DNA from: Dendrobates tinctorius
Taxonomy: Eukaryota
DNA length: 64,000 bases
Assembly: GCF_039654945.1 (NCBI RefSeq)
Contig: NW_027361700.1
Span: 8,618,001 to 8,682,000, forward strand
Reading direction: 5' to 3'
Positions 11,101-20,899 of this stretch are shown here, piece by piece (position 1 is the stretch's first letter; each line of letters opens with the position of its first letter). The notes under the pieces were generated by a model. The model did not search any database, was not told the DNA's origin, and saw only the letters and a program-made list of their open reading frames with translations. The position numbers were made by a program, and so were the translations under genes.

Positions 11101-11642
11101 ATAAACAAGCAACTCTGGTAAATCGGTTGCTTGAGGCATTCCCAGCACACAGCAGCGGTGATGGTTCTCACACGAGCCGTACGGGCCAGGGGCAGCTTGG
11201 CAGAGGTGTTCGTGGTGCACACAGCAGAAGTGGCGTTGGAGACAGGGGTTTCATGACAATGTTGTGGACTGATTTTTCAAGTACCGCTCACACAACTGGT
11301 AATACTGCATCGATGGAAAGTGACAGGAGACAGCAGTTGTCAACTATGGTTACAAACTACTTTTCCTCCCATATCGATGTTCTCCCACACAGGTCATTCC
11401 CCTTTGACTATTGGGCCGCTAAACTGGACACCTGGCCTGAATTGGCACAATATGCCTTACAGGAGCTCGCTTGCCCAGCTGCAAGTGTGCTATCGGAAAG
11501 AGTCTTCAGTGCAGCTGGATCAATCCTGACAGAAAAAAGGACCCGTCTGTCAACCCAAAATGTGGATGATCTAACCTTCATTAAAATGAACCACGCATGG
11601 GTGTCCAAGGATTTTGTCCCACCTTCCCCTGATGACACATAG
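8109..11642 (+). CDS. hAT transposase (BED zinc finger, RNase H-like DDE core, hAT C-terminal dimerisation domain), 1177 aa
   Basis: The first ATG of the long ORF is at 8109 (MRKAGG). BED finger SAVWHFF..ICKKC..MLRHLTSMH. Catalytic and conserved motifs LTTDAWSS, VSDNGRN, CLAHTLNLVV, TRWNS, LDPRYK, ACPAASVLSERVFS. No stops or frameshifts. Confidence 0.95.
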   Translation: MRKAGGRGRGIGRGLAAGNDGVGGVSDGSGKSKIGPNAGGVEPASSSGYIRPRMLSFLGVGKPLLKPEHQEKVLSYIADSASSSIASSSSVVKSKSTESSLEAHVHEPHLSLCPSPQPRLKDDAGHTTDYSMELFSHTMPGLSSQMVNYPGQDESDMECTDAQPLMDDSVGTFTQSTTLSSQCTEPDSDPDETQVPLPAHYTTIHGDTEEGAHDIEEEVMDDPVVDPDWHPLVEKGAASNSSDEEHPQQTSTSQQLLSGRPGALQRQVPNIKRVAGQLVQRVKRSQRARPQNVCQSRKSAVWHFFDQNPHDQAKVICKKCAKTFSRGKNLKNLNTSCMLRHLTSMHLQAWTQHQTSSATCATDHNEGSQQRYIVSPTVSPPVSTAANVEVSLQGHSSQGIPLLYQRKTDSRPSERTPTPSPSSTLSQSALSTATSTICSSQVQLNLPDTMSRSRKYSVSHPRTLGLNAHIAKLILFEMMPFRLVESTAFRELMAYAVPRYDLPSRHFFSRKAIPALHHHVKDRIVHALKQSVSGKVHLTTDAWSSRHGQGRYVSITAHWVNVVDAGSTGDSGGGTVLPSPRYRKQLAVGVRPSSSSRSESSSTERSRTSTPSAAATVAHDVSPYRAASGKRQQAVLQMMCLGNRHTAEVLAEYLKRQTESWLGSVHLEAGKVVSDNGRNFVAAIALSKLSHIPCLAHTLNLVVQCFLKNYPELTALLQKVRRLCAHIRRSPVHSVLMQKLQRLLHLPNHCLIIDIATRWNSTLHMVERLCEQRQAIMHLWEDTRPGTLRADMELTGVQWSKLKDLCKVLQCFEECTRLVSADNAILSMSIPLMCLLMQTLTHLKEQASAANVDEEEEEEGILDDIQPLSAQGPLLDEVEEEEEEEEDDGDDYLGEEDASRGASENVGVARSGTGFVRDWRDVDLPESAPPTSTRSASLTPGTLAHMSDYALQILKRDPRIAKMMNDDDYWLASILDPRYKGKLQNIMPQENLDLILANKQATLVNRLLEAFPAHSSGDGSHTSRTGQGQLGRGVRGAHSRSGVGDRGFMTMLWTDFSSTAHTTGNTASMESDRRQQLSTMVTNYFSSHIDVLPHRSFPFDYWAAKLDTWPELAQYALQELACPAASVLSERVFSAAGSILTEKRTRLSTQNVDDLTFIKMNHAWVSKDFVPPSPDDT

Positions 11643-12060
11643 GGTGACAGAAAAATGGCTTGCTTTGGTCCACCTCTTCCTGGGACTTGACCTATTTCAC
11701 CTTTTGCATCAGCTGAATGTCCAACATCAATATATGCCACTTTCTAAAACTCCCTAACTGTGCTGCCTCCCCCCCATGGCCGGGGTCACCACCTAGCGCA
11801 CGACACCGTGCGAGTGCCGTTGCCCTGGACAGGTGGGTAGGCCGACTCTTGGGCGCGGGCACTGGCACAGGGTCCTTCATAGTGCAATCAAGTGTCTCTG
11901 ATGGTGGTGGTGCACACCCGCCGTCAGACACACCGCCGTACTATGAGGGGCCCAGTGCCAGTACCGACGCCCACGAGTGGGCCCCCCTTGCTTGGGCAGG
12001 GCCCCAGCATTTGCAATCTTTACCTCTCCCTGCTCCTCCGCTGTGTAGTCTGGGCCGTCA

Positions 12061-12595
12061 AATCCATACTGTGCCTGACACTGTCTGAGCCTGCCTCCTG
12101 ATGTATAGACATATATTTTGAATGTGTACGCTATCCATACATGTTATCTGGGGATACGGTACCCTTTCTAACCTTTGTGCAATCACGTGCAATCCATACT
12201 GGGCCTAACACCGTCTGAGCCTGCCTCCTGATGTATAGACATATATTTTTTAAATGTGTACGCTATCCATACATGTTATCCGGGGAAACGGTACCCTTTC
12301 TAACCTTTGTGCAATCACGTGCAATCCATACTGGGCCTAACACCGTCTGAGCCTGCCTCCTGATGTATAGACATATATTTTGAATGTGTACGCTATTCAT
12401 ACATGTTATCTGGGGATACGGTACCCTTTCTAACCTTTGTGCAATCACGTGCAATCCATACTGGGCCTAACACCGTCTGAGCCTGCCTCCTGATGTATAG
12501 ACATATATTTTGAATGTGTACGCTATCCATACATGTTATCTGGGGATACGGTACCCTTTCTCACCTTTGTGCAATCACGTGTAATCCATACTGGG
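12061..12595. repeat. Second 130-bp tandem array (about 4.1 copies) downstream of the transposase
   Basis: AATCCATACT recurs at 12061, 12191, 12323, 12453 and 12583 (spacings 130, 132, 130, 130). The sequence is unrelated to the upstream array. Confidence 0.95.
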
Positions 12596-12705
12596 CGTGA
12601 GAACGGCTGGCGAGCTGTTAAGCAAGCTACAGCACCTGTGGTTTGCACACGCAAGTTTTTCATTTTTTCAGGAATGACGGTTAGGCCTAATTCCGGAACT
12701 GCGGT

Positions 12706-13182
12706 TGACCTGCACTTACTGGGAAATCATTGTTCGCGGGTAATAATTGTAATCAGTGATTTCCATCACTAACGTTGTTCAGCGGGTTATCTGCACCTGT
12801 AAGCGACAAACGCTGGCCTTTTCAGTGTAGCGCACATGCAGCCACGGACATGTAAGGGCATGACACACCAGTTATTGGCCAATCTCATGTGTCAGAGCCT
12901 CACGAGTCCCTCTAGTAAGCCGGACTCGGACCGCGGGGCATGACGGAGTCTCGTTCGTTAACGGAATTAAGCTTGCAATGTGTGCATCTGTTCTGTAGCT
13001 GGCATGGTTGAGGTTTCCCAGGTGGAGTCGAATTTAACCGTAGGCTCCACTCCTGGTGGTGCCCTTCTGGACATTCCTTTAAGGTTCAGCTTTGCAACCA
13101 TACTGCCCACGTAAAACAAACACTTTGCCTTCATGAACGCTGTTTGGAGGGTCATGACTCGTGGGAATAACGCCGCCCAATC
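12706..13182 (-). pseudogene. Diverged 18S rRNA fragment (3' half) carried inside the hAT element
   Basis: The plus strand matches the reverse complement of conserved 18S motifs in colinear order: GCACTTACTGGGAA, TCAGTGTAGCGC, TAAGGGCAT, GAGTCTCGTTCGTTA.CGGAATTAA, GGCTCCACTCCTGGTGGTGCCCTTC, CAGCTTTGCAACCATACT, GGGAATAACGCCGCC. It has many substitutions and an internal deletion near 12970. Confidence 0.9.
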
Positions 13183-14744
13183 AGTTAACCTGCTAGAGAG
13201 ATCGTTCGTTGCTCCCAAGCATGACATCACACTCCCTAGGAAGAAGGTAATGCCACTGTGGCGACCGTACTCCTGGGGGCGACACAAGTGCACTGATGCC
13301 CAGCCACTGCTCGATGAATCTGCTGGTACATTGACCCAGACCACTACATTCCCCTCGCACGCTACACGACCTGAATCTGACCCTGATGAAACTCAGGTTA
13401 CCCTTCCCATATACAGTTCCATCTTACACGGTGACAAAGAGGAAGCTGCAGATGAAAGTGCAGGTTCGGCCCACCCGCCATCAGACACACCACCGTACTA
13501 TCAGGGGCCCTGTGCCAGTGCCGTCGCCAACGAGTGGGCCCCCCCTGCTTGCTCAGGATCACAGCACTTGCAAAGTTGAAATACTGTGCAGTGAGATGGA
13601 AGATGGGGACGACGAGGAGTCCAGACAAGTACAGGGATTCCATAGCGAGGAGACTTATTTGATTGTTTTCAATGTTGGGACAGTAATTTTTGGGGAGCAC
13701 TATACTCTGGAGAATGATAGATGGGGCCCACCATACACTGGAACATTCCAAAGGTGGACATCAGACACTGGAGCAGCATTTACAGGGCCCATTATACACT
13801 AGAGCATTAAAAATGGGGCCCATTATGTTTGGAGCATTATTTGGGCCCATAAGACAGTGGAGCTTCATCCATGGGGACCAACATATACTGTAGCATTATG
13901 TGGAGCTCATCATATACTGTTTCAAACATTATATGGGACCAATGATTCTGTATGGAGAAATAGATGGGCCTTGTCATGAGATGTAAAAAGTGAGGTATTT
14001 TTCATTGTACTATACCGCTATTTCTCTGCCGTATCGGAGCATGATGAGTTGTGGTATGTGTTAAAGGGGCGCTCTTTCGCCCAGGGCACATGAAAACCTG
14101 CAGCCAGCCCTCCCCCCCCACAACTTTAGCCAAATAACCCCCATTTTTCAGTGCGTAATTTGTATTATGAAGTTAATTAAGGTTGACAAGCTTAAGTAAG
14201 AAGAATTGATGCTTTTGGCATTCAAATGGACACTGTAGGTGTGTTTCCTGTCCTCCTCTCACTGCCGACTTTTATTCCCCATTGACTTACATTGGGTTTC
14301 GTGTTTCGGGACGACCCCGACTTTTCCCTATAATCGGACGATCTTGCTCGACCCGACTTTTGGAAAAGTCGGGTTTCACGAAACGAAACGTGACCCTAAA
14401 AAACCAAAAGTCGCTCAACTCTAGTTATCATTAATCTTGTGAAATTTTTTCATGGATACAACTCTGGAATATATGAGGATTTTGTGATGATGGCATTTTG
14501 CACTATGCACTTTAAATTTTGTTATTGCTAATATATTTCATATTATGTGAATTTGTTTTTCGGAGGACATTGTTACAGTTGATATTACTTTCACCAGCTT
14601 TTTTTGTAACCAGCTTTTTCTTCCCCGATGAGGATTACTTGTTTGTTGAGTTCATGTTTTTAATGTTATGAATAAAATTATTTTTTATCCATTTCTTTGC
14701 CTCTGTATCCCTATTCATTCAATGGGGATTTTGCTAATATAGAT

Positions 14745-15160
14745 TATTACAAGGGATGGAAGGCCTCTCATATGATGAAAAATGGGGCTTGTTTAGCATA
14801 GAAAAAAAGACGCCTCAGAGGAGATCTCATTTGTATGTATAAATATATGTGTGGCCAGTACCAAGGACTGGCGCATGACTTATTTCTTCCAAAGACCATA
14901 CTGAGGACCAGGGGGCACTCATTACGGGTGGAAGAAAGGTGATTCCGGCAGATAAACAGGAAAAGGTTCTTTACAGTTAGAGCAGTCAGACTGTGGAGAG
15001 GTAGTAATGACGGACACTATGACAGCTTTTAAAAAAAGGCTGGACAATTTTCTTGATACACAAGATATAGTTAAATTAGTGACAAAATGTACATTTGGTG
15101 GTGAAAGGTTGAACTCGATGCGATGGACTTAGGCCTTTTCTCAACCTATTTAACCATGTA
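14745..15160 (+). mobile_element. CR1 LINE 3' fragment
   Basis: Degenerate translation GLFSIEK.RRLRGDLICMYKY...RGHSLRVEE...FFTVRAVRLW, followed by a 3' UTR. Confidence 0.85.
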
Positions 15161-15186
15161 TACAGGACAACAGAAGCTGTACTGTG

Positions 15187-15218
<32 letters not shown>

Positions 15219-15406
15219 AAAAAAAAATTTTTAAAAAAGGGCAGCATTACCAAACTTATACAGTTGGTTCAGAACCTATTCAGCAGTGTCCAAACAACCG
15301 AGTTAAGAAATCAAGAAAAATAGGCAGCACTCCAAATTAAATGTGAAAAAAGGCTGCCACCTGAGGATCAGTAAAGTATCCGCTTTTTTCACATTTAATT
15401 TGGAGT

Positions 15407-15577
15407 NNNNNNNNNNNNNNNNNNNNNNNNNNNNNNNNNNNNNNNNNNNNNNNNNNNNNNNNNNNNNNNNNNNNNNNNNNNNNNNNNNNNNNNNNNNNNN
15501 NNNNNNNNNNNNNNNNNNNNNNNNNNNNNNNNNNNNNNNNNNNNNNNNNNNNNNNNNNNNNNNNNNNNNNNNNNNNN
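15407..15577. other. Assembly gap (171 N)
   Basis: Run of N characters. Confidence 1.
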
Positions 15578-16564
15578 TGTCAGTCCTGTAAGTCCCTTTT
15601 AATGATAAGGTGATGACTAAATTCAACCTTCAGACCATTCTGTTCTACTAACTATGCATGGATTGATACAGTATGTACCTAAAGCAATAAAACTGACCAG
15701 TTTACATTATCTTAAAGGGGATCTCCTAGAATGTGATAAAAATTGACCTTGTCACATTTCATACTGCAACCCATCCTTGTCAGGAGTCATCAGTATACTC
15801 CATGCTGACTATTTAGTAGGTGAAACATCCTGAATATCTTTCTATTTACCAATATAAATTAAAATTACCGAAAGCAATAAATAGAAATGGAGGGGAAAAA
15901 TGAGAAGGGAAGTGCGTTGTCCATAAAACCTTAGGGATTAAATAACACATTTCTATATGCGGTAAAATATGCCAGAGAGGCTATCATTAATTTTTCCATA
16001 TATAATAGAAATGGCAAAATACACAGAGCTAAGTTTATTTTGGGCACTGATGTACTTTTCTCCCATTAAAAATAAATTAATCAGCAAATTCCTACACAGT
16101 TAAGCCCTCTTTCTGTAAATATAACACAGCTGTAATGCATTACAAGGTGAGATTGCTCGAAATTTACTTTAGAATGCGTTACACATAAGTAGGTTCTCTG
16201 CAGCTACCCTTGCAACAAAAGCATGTTAAATAAACTGAGAAAATTCTGTTTGCTTTGTAATGTTTTGAAAGAAGTGGGATATACCTTACACTTATAAAGT
16301 TTCTTTATATGACTCATTTTATAAGATGTTAAAGTGAGGAAGTTTGGCTTGGAAAACAGAATTAACAAAATTGCGTTCTGTCGACTCAAAACCAACCTGT
16401 TTCTGTGTGCTCTCAAAAAAAAAAATCCATGGCGGTCGACAAATGTTCACACAGATATTTCCAAATGTGCTGTGTTCTCAAAGGAAAGATATACTGTGAA
16501 ATTAAAAATGTGCACTCTGAAAAGCACAACATTCCTGCTTTAAAAAGGTTAAAAAAAAAAATAT

Positions 16565-16680
16565 TTGTTTTTATTTATTTTACTCATTTATATAGCGTCA
16601 TTAATTCCACAGCGCTTTACAGACATTATTATCACTGTCCCTGATGGGGCTCACAATCTACATTCCCTATCAGTAGGTCT
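16565..16680 (-). mobile_element. L2-tailed SINE/L2 3'-end fragment (related copies at about 38980-39080 and 46880-46935)
   Basis: Shared TTTATATAGCG..ATT.ATTCCACAGCGCTTTACAG motif at three places in the window. Confidence 0.55.
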
Positions 16681-17599
16681 TTGCTGATTTCATGCTGAAT
16701 TAATTTAATAAAGCAAACATTATATGTGTTATGTAAACTATGATTACACTGAAGATCAGAGTTGTCTTGTTAATTAGCAAGGAAAATTCATTCCTTTTTG
16801 CACTATTTTTACAAGTTTTTCTTTAAATTATTTGTGCAAGCAAAGATAAGAAATGTTAATATATCTTATTACTAAAAATGCTTCTTCCTACACTCATAAG
16901 ATATCCTCTTTCCCCTACATTGATCAATCACTGATTTCACTGACAAAAATTTGTCCTCAGTGAGGCAAAGATGATAAATGATCAGTTTCACTGAATGGTC
17001 AGGTTACAGCTGCTGTACATAGGAAAGAGACACACAAAAGGAACAAAAGGATTGCATAAGACTTGTAAATCTTAAATCAATCCACTGTTAGTCAAACTCT
17101 CCACAAATGGAGAAAATTCAGGATTAGTGCTACTCTCCCAAGGAGTGAGCAATCTTTTAAGACTGTATAAAAAGAGGAGAACCCCATATTGACTACACCA
17201 TTAGCCTCATCAAATGCTAAGCCTGATGTGGTGGCTTAGAATTGGATGACAATATTGTTCACATCATACTAACAACTGGCGCTCTAATTGGTAGACTAAC
17301 ATGACTGAATTGGTAAGTTACCTCTACAAGCTCATCCTTGGACTCTTGTTTTTTGCTACTTTTGAATATACAGGTTCAAAATGCCTCAATTTTAAATTCT
17401 GTGAATATGACTTCTCAAAACACTGTGACAAAAATACAAATGGGAAGTGTGACAACTCATCAATGATGATCACATAAATGCATGTAGGATCATTACAGAC
17501 CCCCCAAAATTATCTTTTTTTAAGGGACATGTCAAATTCTGTGACAACTAGGTATGATGCTCATTATAATGGCATATCATGACGTCCTTTACATCTTAT

Positions 17600-17960
17600 A
17601 TTTATGTGGTATGATTGGTTAACTCTCTCCATAGCTGTGATTGGCATCCCTGAGTAGGTGGTCACTTCCTGCACCCTTGGTACGGGCTTCAATATTGGTT
17701 TATATGCATATGTAAAGGCTATATAAAGGGTCGTGTCTGGCTGGCCGCCATTCATGCCATTGTCCCATCCACTGATGATGACGCATATGCGGTGAAACAT
17801 TTTGGGGGTCACTTAGTGATGACACCCCAGGGTGCCAACTAATTAAAGCATACAGCAGGAAGTTTCTCATAAACTGTTTAAATATAAGGCAGTTTAGACA
17901 CTTTTTATTATCAATGCCCTGTATGTATTTTAGTCAATTTAATAAAAGTTAAGTCTTATA
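17600..17960 (+). mobile_element. Penelope-like pLTR fragment with a hammerhead-like core
   Basis: CCCATCCA-CTGATGA-TGACGCATATGCGGT-GAAAC-ATTTTGGGGG at about 17764-17808; AATAAA at 17941. Confidence 0.5.
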
Positions 17961-17984
17961 GCTTGTCAAGAGTGGGATCCAATA

Positions 17985-18980
17985 AAGGGTTCTGCCCTTT
18001 TTGTACAATTTGAATATATCCCACCCAAGTCCTTTCCTTTTTGCCCTTTGTTTATTTCTAATTCTTTTAAGACTGCTCCAAAATCACAAGTCAAGAGGTA
18101 TGACTTACTGAATACTCTGCAAATTGCAAAAAAAACAACTATGTTCATGTGTCTACTATTAGAAAACCACTGAACAAGAATGGTGATCAAGAACACCACT
18201 AAAGAACATAACAATTGTCCAAAAAAACAGTGTGGATCATCTCCCCAGACCAGGAGACTATGGATGTTCCACAAAGTCCTAAGAAAATGATTTATAGATA
18301 GATGAGACAAAAGTGGAAGTATTTAGCACAAATGCTTGGAGGAAAAAAAAAATGGATACCAGTATAAGATCTCCATTCCTATTGTGAAACATGATGGAGG
18401 GAGCTCATGGTTTGAGGGTGCCTTGCTCGGTGCTTTGAGATAGTTTAAGAAGCAAAAAATTCAAGCATATATCAAAACATTTTACGTAAGAACAGCAGTA
18501 CATGACCTGAAGCTGAAAAGATATTGGATGATGCAATAGGACAATGACTGAGAGCATGCAACTAAAGAGTGGTGGAAAATGAAGAGGATTTGTTATTTTT
18601 TGTGATCCCAAAAGGTGCTGTACACTCAAGGCAACCCAAAAATACTGACTAGTTGAAACATATTTGCAGGGAGAAATTATTCAAAGTTCCTCCTCAATAT
18701 TGTGCAAATCTTACTTGCAATTACAGGAAACATATGAAAAAAGTTATTACTATCAAAGTGGGATCTACAGGGTCACTTACTTTGTTTCCTTGCACAGTAG
18801 ATGTTTAGCCAGTGTGCTCAACAATAGACATGAAAAGTACAACTGTTTTTATGTTATTAGTTTAATTATATTGTGTTTGTTGACAACTGTGATTTAGTTA
18901 ACACCCAGAACAGATTTATTAGCAATAAATTCAAAAATTTAAGCAATTCCAGAGGGTTCACTTACTTTTTCTTGCTACTA
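17985..18980 (+). mobile_element. Heavily decayed Tc1-like element
   Basis: Remnants of DETKVEVF (about 18301), VKH.GGS..MV.GC (about 18383) and MQ.DND (about 18530). Boundaries are approximate. Confidence 0.7.
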
Positions 18981-19726
18981 TAATGGAAACACACCCCTAG
19001 TGCTCTTTTAGCACTTCAAAGTCCTCACTTTCCTGCAGTTGTGCCGTTTCAGCAATGTCAATACTACTGTTCATGGTGAGTAATGACAATGCTGTGAAAC
19101 ATGCAGGCTGAAGCCAATGAGCGGCTGCTTTTTAGCTGCAGCTCATCAATATTCCATTAGGACGGAATTCTGCTTTGACTAACAATTAAATGCTGCAGCT
19201 GATGAGCGGCCGCCCATTGACTGCAGCCGGCAGGTGATAAAACAATAGACGGCACTCATCAGGAACAGCAGCACCGCTACCATAGTAACATAACGGGAGG
19301 TGAGTATACATTGCTTTTATTTTAATTAGGGCCGTGAGTTGATTAAGCTGGAGTTGTCAGTGGACAATCCCTTTAAGAAGAAAAAGTTTGAATGTCTAGT
19401 TTATAAACAGGACAGACATGTCTAGAGTAGAAACAAATGGTGAAAATTTCTAACATACAAATAAATGACAGGAAGGAAGGAGAAATAGAGGTGAACAAGG
19501 CAGTAGTAAATGTTTGCACATCAAGCACCACTTCACCATATTTTATTCTTTCATTTTAGCACTGGAGTGGTGCCACTAGTGTAAATTCCCTGACCCTAGA
19601 TTTATACTTACCATTCATTGTCCTCAGCCCTTCCCACACCGCCATCTTATTATTGCAACTTCTCACTGACCAGCAGAGTACAACCTTCAGAAGGTGACAA
19701 GAGCGGCGCCAATAACAGATGAAGAC

Positions 19727-20027
19727 TTGTTATGAGAGAGTATACTCGTTGCTCGGGTTTTCCTGAGCATGCTCGGGTGATCGAGTATTTTGGCGTGCTC
19801 AGAGATTTAGTGTTTGTCAACACAGCTGCATGATTTGTGGCTGCTAGACAGGCTTAATACATGTGGGGATTGCCTGTTAGGAATTCCACACATGTATTCA
19901 GGCTGTCTAGCAGCCACAAATAATGCAGCTGTGTCAACAAACACTAAATCTCCAAGCACGCCAAAATACTCGATCACCCGAGCATGCTCAGGAAAGCCCG
20001 AACAACGAGTATACTCGCTCATCACTA
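19727..20027. mobile_element. Palindromic hAT MITE (301 bp)
   Basis: Near-perfect fold-back over its whole length, right terminus TCGCTCATCACTA, 8-bp TSD ATGAAGAC (19719-19726 and 20028-20035). Confidence 0.9.
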
Positions 20028-20899
20028 ATGAAGACGATGACTGGTGACAATAATGTTAGGTGCAGTCGAGATTAATTGCACCACTTCAGGGCTGCACTAA
20101 CTAAAAGCGCTGAAGTGGTACTTTTAGTGAAAGGGTGACCAAAAACAGTTCTCCTAAAGGGCATTATAGGCTGCAGTAATTACAAGTAAACAAGGCACAA
20201 GCTACTAACAGGAAATATTGCATAGAAGAAAATTTCTGAGCTTGTCTAAGGCTATGTACACATTTGCGTTGGGAACCCTTTTTTCTGTTATGCTATAGGT
20301 GGACAGATGGGTCACAAAACTAAGGCTGGTTTCACACTAGCGTTTTATCGCGCAGCGCATCGTGCGCTATCGGGCGCACGTGCAATGGTACCCTATCTTT
20401 AAAACGGCGGGCACAGTGTCAAGCGATTCCACGCGCTCATCAGCATTTTCGTGCGCTGCACATTTTCCAGGTGTGCGCCCTGATGCTACATGTTGCATTT
20501 TTTGTTCCGCCCAACCTCGTTAAAAAATCGCGCACATGTGCGCATGTAATGCGCAAAAAAATAACATTACAGTCTATGGGGTGGCTGGCATGCGCGTGGT
20601 CGTGCGCTCATCACCGCTTTTAGCGTGCACGCTATTTTAGAGTAAACCATGTCTAGACACTGGTTTAAACCACCCCCTACACAAGCAACATTGTTTGGGA
20701 GGAGTGTAGATAAAAGGTGTCTGCACAGTCAGACCACTTACTCTACAGACAGCCTGGAAGAGACCAGACAGACTTGAACAAAGAAGAGCCACAATGATAC
20801 AAGCTGCAGCAGCCAAAATGTGAGTATTCTTCAACATAATGTCTTCCTGTCCTTTCAAATTCATTATGCACTAATGTTTTTTTTTGTTTAAATTCCAGC

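Larger units (their letters stand above)
4395..14423 (+). mobile_element. Composite, potentially autonomous hAT DNA transposon (10,029 bp)
   Basis: 13-bp TIR TAGAGTTGAGCGA at 4395 and TCGCTCAACTCTA ending 14423. Perfect 8-bp TSD GTTATCAT (4387-4394 and 14424-14431). A second internal left end starts at 4780. Contains an intact transposase ORF. Confidence 0.95.

Noticed and set aside
8109-11642. Domesticated host gene (ZBED4/ZBED6)
   Set aside because: It has a single BED finger and is enclosed by TIRs and a perfect 8-bp TSD, so it is a transposon copy. No gene symbol assigned.
12706-13182. Functional 18S rRNA gene or contaminant rDNA
   Set aside because: Partial, deleted internally, mutated in universally conserved positions, no ITS/5.8S/28S context, and embedded in a TE.
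13255-13282. GCGACCGTACTCC resembling antisense bacterial 16S
   Set aside because: The match is too short to distinguish from chance or from a further decayed SSU-derived piece.
15323-15406. Hairpin next to the gap as a terminator or ncRNA
   Set aside because: Eukaryotic context and truncated by Ns. It is most likely a palindromic repeat end that caused the assembly break.
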